From IMG/VR virus record IMGVR_UViG_3300044825_002550: a stretch of DNA of 64,000 bases. One strand, 5' to 3'. Of the stretch, positions 29,658-39,889 are shown one piece after another. This DNA comes from an uncultured virus (IMG/VR IMGVR_UViG_3300044825_002550). Its lineage: Duplodnaviria > Heunggongvirae > Uroviricota > Caudoviricetes. The notes under the pieces are model-generated. The model worked only from the letters and a program-made list of their open reading frames with translations, did no database searches and was not told where the DNA came from. Made by a program: the position numbers and the translations under genes. Every line of letters starts with the position of its first letter. The stretch's first letter is position 1.

Positions 29658-30974
29658 ATGACAATCCCATTTGATGCTGAAGTAAGCCCTTATAAGTATA
29701 TAGGGGATGAATACACTTTTGGTTCGTTACAGCTAACAATGTTAGCAAGGTCATTTGAACAGTTAGCAGTAACTTCGTTACAAGAGTTTTTCCCCTCAAG
29801 ATTAATTAATGAGCGGACTATTGTTGTTGAACAAATTATTGAAGGCGTAGGTATTATGCCTATCGTTCGCTTTGGTGTTCCTAGCGGCGGTTATTTAGAA
29901 CAAAACCGCGTCCGCTCAATGACCGCCCGCCCCGCTGTTGTTCGTGAAGATGATTTTATTGAACAACATTTTATTAACCAAGTACGCCGTGTCGGTACTT
30001 TTAATGAAGCTTACCGCCCTGAAGAATTTATCCAACGCCGCGTTCAACAACTTGTTGCTCGCCATTCTCGTACTAAAGACCTTTTTATTACTAAAGCTCT
30101 TCTCGGTGGTATAAAGTATACTGACCCTCGTACTGGCGTTAGTATAGATGTATCTTCTAATATTCCTGCTCATAACTTATTTAAGTACGACGGTTATAAC
30201 AGTACCGCTGCTTCCGGTGATTTGAATGTCGCTGGCTCTGGATTAAAAGCTAATAAAGCTCTAAGTAACACTAAGGGCAGACCTGAAGCTCTTATGTTTA
30301 AATCTACTGATGGTCGCTGCGCTGTGCCTTGGACTGATAATAAAGCAGATATTATTTACTGCTTACGTCTTATTAAAGAATATCTTTATAAAACTAACAA
30401 AAACCGCCCTACTGATATCATAATGAGCTCCGATTTACTCACTATCTTAATGGAAAATGAGTACATTAAAGCTCTAAGCAATGTACCTGGCGTTGTAATT
30501 CTTAACCAACCAACCACCTCAGTTGCTGGTAATGCTAATATTGCTTCTACCTCTAATACCCCAGCAAGCTATATCACAATGGGTGCAGGTGGCGAAATCT
30601 CTTCTATCGCAGGCCTTCGCATTATTGGCGTAGATGGTCTATACCGCGACCCTGTAGATAATGTTATTAAAACCTATTGGCCTGCTCATAAAGTCGCTAT
30701 CGTCTCCCGGTCCGCTTCTGGTGACCCCTCCTCTACTCTAGGCTTTACTTACCACTGTAGCGGTGAAGCCCCAGATGGTCAGCCCGGAATGTACATGCGC
30801 ACCTCCGCTATGTCTGAACCCCCCGCACCTCCAGGTCGTGTAATGCAGCTCGGTGACGCTTTCCTCCCTGTTGTTATTTACCCTCACTGGATTTCTATCC
30901 TTGATGTGTGCGAACCTAATGAACTATCCAATAAGTTCATTATTCAATCCAACCTCAGCTACGGTACTTTCTAA
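29658..30974 (+). CDS. Major capsid protein (HK97 fold, lambda gpE-like)
   Basis: Position after the protease; 438 aa; LQEFFP, GIMPIVRFG, ALLGG-IKY and LPVVIYP motifs typical of the cap_E family. Confidence 0.8.
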   Translation: MTIPFDAEVSPYKYIGDEYTFGSLQLTMLARSFEQLAVTSLQEFFPSRLINERTIVVEQIIEGVGIMPIVRFGVPSGGYLEQNRVRSMTARPAVVREDDFIEQHFINQVRRVGTFNEAYRPEEFIQRRVQQLVARHSRTKDLFITKALLGGIKYTDPRTGVSIDVSSNIPAHNLFKYDGYNSTAASGDLNVAGSGLKANKALSNTKGRPEALMFKSTDGRCAVPWTDNKADIIYCLRLIKEYLYKTNKNRPTDIIMSSDLLTILMENEYIKALSNVPGVVILNQPTTSVAGNANIASTSNTPASYITMGAGGEISSIAGLRIIGVDGLYRDPVDNVIKTYWPAHKVAIVSRSASGDPSSTLGFTYHCSGEAPDGQPGMYMRTSAMSEPPAPPGRVMQLGDAFLPVVIYPHWISILDVCEPNELSNKFIIQSNLSYGTF

Positions 30975-30980
30975 TTCTTT

Positions 30981-31006
30981 TACTCCTAGTCTTTTTTCTA
31001 GGAGTA
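30981..31006. promoter_or_regulatory. Stem-loop immediately after the capsid stop
   Basis: TACTCCTAG...CTAGGAGTA; no strong U-tract, so it may be an mRNA stabiliser or attenuator. Confidence 0.45.
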
Positions 31007-31051
31007 TACACATACTTATAAACATCATAAACATATTATTAAGAGGTTTAA

Positions 31052-31840
31052 ATGACCACTCCTATTGAATTACAGGTAGCACCTGGTTTCCGTTTTTTAA
31101 AAGATTTATATCCTGAATCTAGAGGCATGGGGCTTAGCTATTATCCCTACTCCTCTATCTACTCTGGTTTAGTTCCTAGTTGGACTGCAACAGCTGGTAA
31201 TTTGTCTACTCCCCCAGCTCAAACTGTATCTATTAGTGCAGGTTCAGCTTATTTAGATAGCCAATTGTCTACTCTAGCTAGTTCTGTAGATATAACAGTA
31301 CCTACAACTTCCGCAGCAGTTGGCGATAACTATTATTATATTATTCTTAACCCTAGCCGCCGCGTTGTCCCTTATGTTGGCTCTACTAAACCTTCTACTC
31401 TATTAAATGGTGATAGTGTTACTGAAGGAGATTGGGCAGTTCAATGCGCTGATTTAGATGAATACCTGATCGCTAATTCTTTCTTTAAAAGAGTAGGCTC
31501 TTCTTGGCAACAATCTATCTCTAACGACCCTATTAACGATCTTATCTTCCAAGCCCCTATTGTCCCTTCCCAAAAAGGTAAAAACCGTCATTGGGGTAAC
31601 CAAGTAGCTTCTAAGGTTACTGCTTCTAACTTCCAAGTAAATATTGTTGAAAAACGTGTTTATATCGGCAGCGTTTACCCCCCATATGTTAACTCTAACT
31701 CTTTGGCTCTCTTACGCGATTGCGCTTCCCTTCATATTGCTACTCTGGTTATTAACTTTAATGAGGGCACTGGTACTGCTAGAACCTTAAATACTGATAA
31801 AAGCTATTTGACAGTAGTAAATAACGTTAAGAACCCTTAG
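31052..31840 (+). CDS. Hypothetical virion protein (possible decoration protein)
   Basis: AGAGGT RBS; follows the capsid gene; beta-rich. Confidence 0.6.
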   Translation: MTTPIELQVAPGFRFLKDLYPESRGMGLSYYPYSSIYSGLVPSWTATAGNLSTPPAQTVSISAGSAYLDSQLSTLASSVDITVPTTSAAVGDNYYYIILNPSRRVVPYVGSTKPSTLLNGDSVTEGDWAVQCADLDEYLIANSFFKRVGSSWQQSISNDPINDLIFQAPIVPSQKGKNRHWGNQVASKVTASNFQVNIVEKRVYIGSVYPPYVNSNSLALLRDCASLHIATLVINFNEGTGTARTLNTDKSYLTVVNNVKNP

Positions 31841-31871
31841 AACCAATAGTAGTTAAAAGTAAAAGGTTTGT

Positions 31872-32462
31872 ATGAGTTATAGACTATTAGCTGTAAAACC
31901 GGAAATATTATATATAAATGGGAAAGGTCAAACAGTAACAGCCGGAGACTGTCTACATCTAAGTAATGTAGACGCTCAAGCTTTATTAGCCTCACCTATT
32001 AGTTCTTCTTTTGTTGTTATTGCTAGTGATGACCCCCAAGACGTTACACAATTATCTAGCTTTACTGAAGGGTCCGCTACTGAAACTGTAGCCCCTCCTC
32101 AAGAAAACTCTGTTTTGGGATCTGCTGTAACTGACCCTTTGGAGGAAGTTTATGGGGAGTACAAACAAGATGGCGAACCTCTCTTTGCTTCTCTACAGAA
32201 CCCCCAATCTTTACCTTCTACTGAGCCCTCTCTAGACCCTTCCCCTATAACCGGCTTTGACTCCGAAATTATTCGAGTTTTAGGTGAAACTCCTAACTGG
32301 AAAAGCTTAGTTAATTATGTTAGAGAACTCGGTACCCAATCCCTTCCTAACCTTGAACTTATAAACTATATCCAGCAAAAGTATTCTTCTATGGGATCTG
32401 TAGTTAATGAGTGCAAACGCGTTATTACCACTATTCAAGAAAAACAGATAGAAGAAAACTAA
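31872..32462 (+). CDS. Hypothetical protein
   Basis: ORF within the head-neck gene run. Confidence 0.65.
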   Translation: MSYRLLAVKPEILYINGKGQTVTAGDCLHLSNVDAQALLASPISSSFVVIASDDPQDVTQLSSFTEGSATETVAPPQENSVLGSAVTDPLEEVYGEYKQDGEPLFASLQNPQSLPSTEPSLDPSPITGFDSEIIRVLGETPNWKSLVNYVRELGTQSLPNLELINYIQQKYSSMGSVVNECKRVITTIQEKQIEEN

Positions 32463-32463
32463 T

Positions 32464-34104
32464 ATGAGCATTCAGTTAAACTTTTCAGATAGATTTAGCT
32501 ATCCCGCGCCAAACGGCATCCCCGGATATCCCTCTGATAGTATGGATAGTTTAACTGAGGCTCAAATATTAGAAGCCTCGTCTGAACTGTCTAGTATGGT
32601 AGACATTGTTAGACGGGCTTCTGTCCTTTTGAGACGTAAATCCGCTCTAGAAATCTTTAAAATAATTACCTTTGAATCGGACCCCCGTATCGCTCTTATT
32701 CTAGCTTCTGCTAAACGTCGCTCTGATAGTACTTACCTATTCCAGGGTCTTACTCAAGTACAAGAAGTTATGTTTGCCTCTACTCAACGAGGGGTCTCTG
32801 GTCAAACTAACCGAAATCTCTTCTCTGATGGCATAAAACGTGTCTCTGCTATACTAACTGCTTCTGTCTTAATAGGACAGTTAGCTCAAGTAACAGAGCA
32901 AGCTGAACATTCTAAAGTTCTTGAAAAGCAAGCTCTTGAAGATTTAGATAGAATTTGCTTAACCTATGAATTATCCAGCAGCACTTCTAGTGGTCATTTA
33001 GCTGAGATTGAAGAGCAGCCCGGTTTTATCTTTAACTCTACTAATATAGTATTAAATACCTCTGAATCTGTTAGGGTTAGTTGGTATGCTACCCATTTAA
33101 CTAACTCTTGGATTAATTTACCTCCTTATACTTCTTCATTGCCTGTATGGCGTATAGTATCAGATTTAGCTGACTCTATTAATGCTGTAAGTGTCTTATA
33201 TGAAGGCATAGGCTTAGTAGCATCAGTACAGTTAGCAGGTAAGAAGAATGAATTTTATTCAAATACTCATATCCTTAGGTTTTATGCCCGGAATACAAAC
33301 TCAGGATTAACAACATACTCTTTAAATATAAAGATAGAAAAATACACCGGTACTACTTCTACTAATGTTTCCCCGTTTGTATGGGGTATTAATATGAATT
33401 CATTAACTAGTAATATCCTTAATGGTTTAATTCTAGTTATAAAAGATAGTAAGACATCTACTATAAATAAAGATGTAGAGATAGAGCCCCAGGTATTATA
33501 TATAAGAAACAAAGTACAGTATAGTGTAGGAGGTCCAACACCTCCAACTACAGCTAAAGTAAAGTATAGATTGCAGTTTTGGTCCCCTACTGAAATAATA
33601 TCAAGTACAGACTTTCAAGAGATAACAATAACAAGAAGAATAGATAGTAACGCTGAGGTACAAAAAGACTTAGATAATTTAAGGTACTCACAGGTAGCTG
33701 TTAGTTTAATGGAAGCTATTACTGTTGAAAGAAATTATTCTGGCATGACCGGAGCGTTAATAAAAAATGATCCTTTAACTGCTTACCCCCCAGAAGCTGC
33801 TATTGAACTAATTGCTTGGACTCTTTCTAGATTAAATGTGTATGTAGTATTAGATATATTAGAGGTTCCTATAGATATTGATATAGCTACAGGTAATCTT
33901 ATGAGCGCGTATAGTTTATATAGTAGTAATCCAAAATCTGTGAGAGTACAAGCAAGAACGTTAGCCGGCGGGGCTATAATTAACAATACCTCTTATACAC
34001 AACCCCCTCTATTATCAACCCAACCTAAACGTAGTAATATACTGCGTAACATAGAAGACGAAGTGAAGAATTTAGGATACGGTCAATGGCCACAAATACT
34101 GTAG
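32464..34104 (+). CDS. Putative head-tail connector/neck protein
   Basis: Position between capsid and sheath; helical N-terminal half. Function inferred from context. Confidence 0.45.
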   Translation: MSIQLNFSDRFSYPAPNGIPGYPSDSMDSLTEAQILEASSELSSMVDIVRRASVLLRRKSALEIFKIITFESDPRIALILASAKRRSDSTYLFQGLTQVQEVMFASTQRGVSGQTNRNLFSDGIKRVSAILTASVLIGQLAQVTEQAEHSKVLEKQALEDLDRICLTYELSSSTSSGHLAEIEEQPGFIFNSTNIVLNTSESVRVSWYATHLTNSWINLPPYTSSLPVWRIVSDLADSINAVSVLYEGIGLVASVQLAGKKNEFYSNTHILRFYARNTNSGLTTYSLNIKIEKYTGTTSTNVSPFVWGINMNSLTSNILNGLILVIKDSKTSTINKDVEIEPQVLYIRNKVQYSVGGPTPPTTAKVKYRLQFWSPTEIISSTDFQEITITRRIDSNAEVQKDLDNLRYSQVAVSLMEAITVERNYSGMTGALIKNDPLTAYPPEAAIELIAWTLSRLNVYVVLDILEVPIDIDIATGNLMSAYSLYSSNPKSVRVQARTLAGGAIINNTSYTQPPLLSTQPKRSNILRNIEDEVKNLGYGQWPQIL

Positions 34105-35279
34105 ATACTCAAGCATTAGATAATGTATTTCCTACTCATGACCAAGCAGTATTAGCACTACTTAGTGCTATTCTAAATCACCCTGAGATAAAAAATAGTC
34201 AAATATATTATCCTGTGTTATTAGGAGAGTCCTCAGTAACCGAGCGTATTACAATAACAAGCGCTAGAGATTTTAGCGGTATCGAATTAATAGAGCCGGG
34301 GCTAACTTTAGCTGTTTTCCCCTTACATGATGATTACGACCAAAAGTCTTCTACTTTTACAGCCCGTAAGTCTACTAAGTCTGTTATATATGACGACCAG
34401 TATCTCGGCAGAAGCTCTACTTATAACTATGGCGTTAAATGCACTTTTAACTTTGTAGTCCAACTCTATTATCAAGATTCTATTTTTAACGCCCCTGTAG
34501 AGCTTTTATCCGATGTCGTAAACTTTGACAGCGAAACCCCCGGTTTTTACCCCTTAACTATCCCCGCCGTTGACTCTATTCAATATAAAGATAGATTACT
34601 CCCCCCTAACATTCTTAGCCTTCAAGAACGTCTTCAATCTTCTCTCTTTGAATTCCCTTTCTCTGAAAACCCTAATGTACCAGGTACAACTCTAAAAAAA
34701 CCTACTAAGTTACGCTCGGATCCTCAAACTCTCTCTAAAGAATCTAGATTAGGTGGTTTAGATAGCTCCGTCTCTGTAACTACTCTGCCCGGAGAACGTA
34801 TTATAAGATCTTGGATGTCTTTATTAGTTAAAGTTATACGGTCTTTAGTCTACCTTAAACCCTTTGCTCTAAGAAACCCTACTATTAGTATGGTTGATTA
34901 TCCTTCTACTAATTGGTATAGAAACTCTGAAAACTTAGTATTTCATACCGGTTACTGTTTGGTTAGCTATGACTTAATAGAAGCAGACCAGTATACTGTA
35001 TACTCTTTTCCTCAACCTCCAACCTCTTCTGATCCTTTAAACCCCCCACCTTCCCCTTCTCCTCCCTTTCCTAAAGTTAAAGAAATTGTTATTGATGATG
35101 ACCAAAAACCTGTAACTGTAAGCGTTTTACCCTTAGAACAACAACAACAACAACAACAACCTTCTACTCCTGAACTAAACACTGAAAGAATTGTTTATGT
35201 GGAGCCTGATAATGAAGTTAAATTATCCCAAATAAGAAATATGTTTAACGAACTTGTTGTAGATGGTGGATTTTTTTAA
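34086..35279 (+). CDS. Putative tail completion/terminator protein
   Basis: Lies just upstream of the sheath; function inferred from context only. Confidence 0.4.
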   Translation: MATNTVDTQALDNVFPTHDQAVLALLSAILNHPEIKNSQIYYPVLLGESSVTERITITSARDFSGIELIEPGLTLAVFPLHDDYDQKSSTFTARKSTKSVIYDDQYLGRSSTYNYGVKCTFNFVVQLYYQDSIFNAPVELLSDVVNFDSETPGFYPLTIPAVDSIQYKDRLLPPNILSLQERLQSSLFEFPFSENPNVPGTTLKKPTKLRSDPQTLSKESRLGGLDSSVSVTTLPGERIIRSWMSLLVKVIRSLVYLKPFALRNPTISMVDYPSTNWYRNSENLVFHTGYCLVSYDLIEADQYTVYSFPQPPTSSDPLNPPPSPSPPFPKVKEIVIDDDQKPVTVSVLPLEQQQQQQQPSTPELNTERIVYVEPDNEVKLSQIRNMFNELVVDGGFF

Positions 35280-35310
35280 CTATATATACACCCTTTATAT
35301 AACTTTTAGT

Positions 35311-35490
35311 ATGAACAGTGTGTACTACCGTTTTGAGAAACAAACTGGCTGCTTTGCCGGAGAAACCAACGAGCCAGTAGATGACGCAATTTTCAGTGTT
35401 ACTTCAATACCTTACCCTTTTTACGACTTTGATAGCCAACAACCTATTTGGGACGGCTCTTCTTGGTCTGTAATCAATCTTACTATTTAA
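35311..35490 (+). CDS. Small hypothetical protein (fiber-assembly-like W-x-G-x-x-W motif)
   Basis: MNSVYYRFEKQTGCFAGE...PIWDGSSW; ATG at 35311. Confidence 0.5.
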   Translation: MNSVYYRFEKQTGCFAGETNEPVDDAIFSVTSIPYPFYDFDSQQPIWDGSSWSVINLTI

Positions 35491-35516
35491 AATCAATTAT
35501 TATTATTTAAACTTAT

Positions 35517-38500
35517 ATGCCTGCACCAAGTATTAAATTTATAGACAGTTTGGTAGGACCTTCCCCTGTTGCTAAACAGTGGAGAGACTTAGTTGGGGTC
35601 GTAGGTACCTTTAGCAGAGGTCCTGAAGTTCCTATTCAGGTAGAGGATATAAAAACCTTTGCTAGCACTTACGGCATTGATTCTACTACCGGCTCTCTTT
35701 TTGTTCAACAAGCTATGGCTAACGGGTTAAACCGTTTTGTTGTAGTACGGGCCTCTGCTAGCTCTAACCCAGCATCTACTAAAATTACTTTCTCGTCAGA
35801 AAGCCCTCAAATAAGCCCTATTGTTGGGTTTGTAAAAGTTGGTAACTCTTTAGAACCTTCTAGTCAAAGAACTACTGGTTTTAAATTGGATTTTAATTAT
35901 ATAGGTAAACCTATTGTTACTAATTCAATCTATACAACTGTTGACAGCCGCCGGGGTCAAGTTAACCTGCCACAGTTTCAAGGTATTGCTAGATTTAATT
36001 TCTTTGTTACTAAAGCTGTAGAAGGTCGTAGCTCTTCTAATATCCTTCACTCAGAATCAAGTCTTAATAGTTTAACTGTTGAAGTTGATACTGTCTTATC
36101 CCCTTCTCCCGGTTATTTTGTTGGGTTAATCAAAAAAGATGCCCAAAATTATACCCTATTAAAAGAGTATATCCGCCCTGGATACTCTCTAACTCTAGTC
36201 GCTGAGACACCATCTGATGACTTGATAATTGCCTCTAGCATCATTGAAAATTACTCTTTAGACTACGATGCTATCTTATTACGGTCGGATAAAAAACATA
36301 GCCATATTGTTTGGGGACTAGCTTCTGGATATGAACTTCCCTCTAATTCTAATTCTGTTTCTGTCCCTTCTACTACTAAACTAAAAGTAGGTAAAATTCG
36401 TACCTTATTAGGTAACTACAGCAACCTTATTAGTACTGGAAATCCCGCTGAAGAAACCGCTACTTTTAAAGCTCTTAAACAGATGATACTCTTAATTGAC
36501 GGTAAAGAGTATACTCAAGCATCTGACCCTGTTGCTTTAAGCCAAAGTGTATTTCCTATTAATACTACTGTTGCTACCGAAAATTCTACCGGCCAAGACT
36601 TACCTTTTAGCTTTGACGATATTATTGAAGAAAGTATCAGTGAAGCTACTAATCTAGATAATATTGAAGGCACTAGCTTTGAATTTACTCTAACTGGTTC
36701 TTTACCCTCTATACAAGGAGGTAGCTCTGTTAGCTTCCTCCCTGTTGTAGAAACTTTTACTAGCTCTTCCTCTTCTACTTCTATAACAGTTACTGGTTTG
36801 TTCTCTTCTGAGTTAACTAGTAGTACTGATGCTAAGCGACTTCAAACCTCTACTATAGCTAACTACTATATAGTTATAGACGGGATAAAATATTCTATAA
36901 CTGGTGTCGCTCCAATAACTGGGGCTAGCCATAAACTTAATATAACTGTTAACGGTCAAGTATCTAATATTTCTGGTAAAGCCGTTTATATATACTATGA
37001 GCCCTCTACTGCAGATCAATCTTTTCAGATAAGAGCCCCTAAAGTAGCTCAATATGTCATGGGGTATTCTTTTGATAGCCAGTCTGGTACTATTGGAAAC
37101 GATTATTTTACTTTAAGACAAGATTACAATAATGGCACATCTATTATACCTTTAGATAATACTTTCTTGTTAACAGAAAAGGCTGCCGGTCGTTATTTTT
37201 CTTTTGGTTATTATACCCGTCCCTCCTTTGAATCTAGTTTTGATGTAAAAGCTTTTCCTCTTCAAACTAGAAGTTTTGGTATTGAACTTCTTTTTGGCCC
37301 TCAATCTAACTCTATTACTTCTTTACCTTTGGCTGAAGGCGGCTCCTTTGCTGTTCCTTTCGCTAAAACTTCTGTTTCTGTAGGCGCTCCTAGCAGTGCT
37401 CTAGCTACCTCATTTAAAGATGGGGATATGTTTACCGAAATTGTTAAAGATATAGAACTAGCACTACGCTCTAATAATATAGTCTCATCCTTAATAAGTG
37501 ATATTACTATTGAGGAGTCCGTTTTAGTTAATGGTAATGTACAGTTTAAACCAACAATCTCTTTTACTTCTACTTATAGCGGCGACCAGGCTAATAGAAT
37601 TAACTGGAAACTAACTAGATATACAACTGATGCAAGTACTGTACCTGAAGCAGATAAAGTAAAAGATGTTCTACTAGACGGCGCAGTAGGTAAATTTGAT
37701 AAAATAAACTATTTTCAAGGCGGTTATGATGGCGCGCGCGCTGCCTTTAAAGACCTTTATGCCGCTGATGGTACCCTCTTATGGCGCATAGAAGCTATTA
37801 CCCCCGGCGTTTATGGTAATAATATCTCCTGCTCTGTTCGTAACCAACGCTCTTCTACTAAAAATAGCTCTTTTGAAATAGAAGTACAAGACCTTAACTC
37901 TCAAGTTATAGCTTCTGATTCTAAATTTATTACTACTGTCTCTACTGGTAATATAGATTATACAACCGGTCGTAGTTTAGCTTTTAGCAGCACTAGTCTT
38001 GTTCAAATCTACTTTATGCCTATTGTCAGTTCTATTGCTAGAAATATATCTTTAGATAGTAACCATAAAGTCTTTAAACAAATCCCTCAAAGATTAGCCC
38101 CACCTCTAGAACGTATAAGCACTGCTTTCTCCGGCGGCGAAACCGGTTTCTCTCGCCAAGGTTCTAGTGTCTTATCTTTGTTCTATTTAAGTAACGGTAG
38201 CGATACTTCTCAACAAATACCTACTAAACAATCTTTGGCTCAAGGTTTAATTAAAGGTCTTAGCTCTTTAGACAGTTTTAATATCGCTGCTTTAGCTATC
38301 CCTGGTATCTATTATGGAGACCCAGATTTTGATGCTGTATTTAGTAAAGCAATTGATAGTGTCAATAAATCAACTCCTGAAAGCGGCCTTCGCTCCGCTG
38401 TTTTTGAGTTGCCACCCGGTATTTACCCTGATAGTGCTAAACTCTTAGCTGATAGATTAGATAATGAGCGTATTGTATTACTTGCTGGCTCTCAATTACT

Positions 38501-39095
38501 TCGCGGTTATAACGGCTTGCTAGTACCTAATGTGGGCTCTTCTGGTTCTTATATCGGCTACGATTTATCCCGCGCTCCTAACCTCTCTCCCGCCGCCTCT
38601 TATCCTACAGCATTAGTAAGAAGTGTTGTTTCTGTTGACACTCCTACTATAACTAGCTATTTAGACAGAATGTCTGATGCGGGTGTTGAAGTTTTACTTT
38701 TTGATTCTAATCTCGGCGGCTACCGTTTCTGTAATGGCTTAACTACTAGCCGTCAACTCGCTAAACGTTACCGCTCTGTAAGTCGTATCTTAGACCAAAT
38801 TAAAACTGATTTGTATCTCTCTCTTCAGTGGTGCCGCTCTAGACCTAATACCCCAGCTCTACAATCTGAAGTGGCCTCTACTTGTGATACTTATCTTTAC
38901 TCTAAACTCCGCGATGGTTGGTTTACTAACCTTGAACCTACTATCTGCTCAGAAGCTAATAATACGGTCCGGGACCAGCTTGAAGGTCGTCTTAATGTGC
39001 GTATAAGATTTACCCCTTCTTTCCCCGCAGATACTATTATAGTCTCTTCTATTCTTGATATTAGTGACGACTTTACTATTCAAACTACTGTTTAA
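35517..39095 (+). CDS. Contractile tail sheath protein with large insertion
   Basis: N-terminal GVVGTFSRGPEVPIQV..IKTFASTYG; AITPGVYGNNI; C-terminal YRSVSRILD...PNTPAL...NNT.RD..GRLNVRIRFTPSFPADTI. Confidence 0.92.
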   Translation: MPAPSIKFIDSLVGPSPVAKQWRDLVGVVGTFSRGPEVPIQVEDIKTFASTYGIDSTTGSLFVQQAMANGLNRFVVVRASASSNPASTKITFSSESPQISPIVGFVKVGNSLEPSSQRTTGFKLDFNYIGKPIVTNSIYTTVDSRRGQVNLPQFQGIARFNFFVTKAVEGRSSSNILHSESSLNSLTVEVDTVLSPSPGYFVGLIKKDAQNYTLLKEYIRPGYSLTLVAETPSDDLIIASSIIENYSLDYDAILLRSDKKHSHIVWGLASGYELPSNSNSVSVPSTTKLKVGKIRTLLGNYSNLISTGNPAEETATFKALKQMILLIDGKEYTQASDPVALSQSVFPINTTVATENSTGQDLPFSFDDIIEESISEATNLDNIEGTSFEFTLTGSLPSIQGGSSVSFLPVVETFTSSSSSTSITVTGLFSSELTSSTDAKRLQTSTIANYYIVIDGIKYSITGVAPITGASHKLNITVNGQVSNISGKAVYIYYEPSTADQSFQIRAPKVAQYVMGYSFDSQSGTIGNDYFTLRQDYNNGTSIIPLDNTFLLTEKAAGRYFSFGYYTRPSFESSFDVKAFPLQTRSFGIELLFGPQSNSITSLPLAEGGSFAVPFAKTSVSVGAPSSALATSFKDGDMFTEIVKDIELALRSNNIVSSLISDITIEESVLVNGNVQFKPTISFTSTYSGDQANRINWKLTRYTTDASTVPEADKVKDVLLDGAVGKFDKINYFQGGYDGARAAFKDLYAADGTLLWRIEAITPGVYGNNISCSVRNQRSSTKNSSFEIEVQDLNSQVIASDSKFITTVSTGNIDYTTGRSLAFSSTSLVQIYFMPIVSSIARNISLDSNHKVFKQIPQRLAPPLERISTAFSGGETGFSRQGSSVLSLFYLSNGSDTSQQIPTKQSLAQGLIKGLSSLDSFNIAALAIPGIYYGDPDFDAVFSKAIDSVNKSTPESGLRSAVFELPPGIYPDSAKLLADRLDNERIVLLAGSQLLRGYNGLLVPNVGSSGSYIGYDLSRAPNLSPAASYPTALVRSVVSVDTPTITSYLDRMSDAGVEVLLFDSNLGGYRFCNGLTTSRQLAKRYRSVSRILDQIKTDLYLSLQWCRSRPNTPALQSEVASTCDTYLYSKLRDGWFTNLEPTICSEANNTVRDQLEGRLNVRIRFTPSFPADTIIVSSILDISDDFTIQTTV

Positions 39096-39134
39096 CTAAA
39101 CATATAAACTAACCTGGAGGCAATACATAAAACT

Positions 39135-39806
39135 ATGACAAACACAAGAATTATAACTAATAACGCTACTCTTGATCCTATACAGGGTTTTCATTTAAAT
39201 GTTTACATGAATGACCAAGCAAGCGGTATCCCAGTTTTAATTGGAGGATTTACCTCTTTCCAACAAACTATGCGTAACGCTACAGAAGCTTATATGCCCT
39301 TTGGTCGTAAAACCCCTCGCCTTTTAGACGGGGAGTTTCAGTATGGTTGGGTCCTTGAACGCGGATTATTAGATATAGCTATCTTAAAGGATGTATTTGG
39401 TCTAGATGAGGTAGGAGCTGAGTTTAAAGCTGACCCTACTCCTAGATTTGTTATTACTGTTGAAATTAATGCTCCTGAACTACACGAAAAAGGTGTCAAC
39501 TTTCCTACCGTGTCGACCAATACTAACAGTCTTTTTGGTACCGGTAACAGAAAAAGATCAGCTAGAGGTAAATACCAACTTATTTTTGCAAAAATTGATT
39601 CTGTTACTTTAGGAGCTATGGCAGGACGTTCAGTAGTAGCTACTAGATTTGAAGGCATGTGCGAAACCATTAAGTTTACACCCGACGGCAACCTATTGCA
39701 AACTAGTAGTAACCGGTTGCAGTCTAGTACAGGTAACGGAAGGGGAGCTTTATCTGGGGCACCTAGCCAAATTACAGTAGGCGGCGATACCTACCTTTTT
39801 AGCTAA
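39135..39806 (+). CDS. Tail tube protein
   Basis: Directly follows the sheath; GGAGG RBS; DPIQGFHLNV, IGGFTS and VLERGLLD motifs. Confidence 0.8.
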   Translation: MTNTRIITNNATLDPIQGFHLNVYMNDQASGIPVLIGGFTSFQQTMRNATEAYMPFGRKTPRLLDGEFQYGWVLERGLLDIAILKDVFGLDEVGAEFKADPTPRFVITVEINAPELHEKGVNFPTVSTNTNSLFGTGNRKRSARGKYQLIFAKIDSVTLGAMAGRSVVATRFEGMCETIKFTPDGNLLQTSSNRLQSSTGNGRGALSGAPSQITVGGDTYLFS

Positions 39807-39846
39807 TTATCTATGCTTTTATTTTTTGTTATAGTATAATAGTATT

Positions 39847-39872
39847 AAGGGGGTATACCTACCCCCTTTTTT
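39847..39872 (+). terminator. Intrinsic terminator after the tube gene
   Basis: AAGGGGGTA-TACC-TACCCCCTT followed by a T run. Confidence 0.75.
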
Positions 39873-39889
39873 ATTTTTATTTAGTTTTT

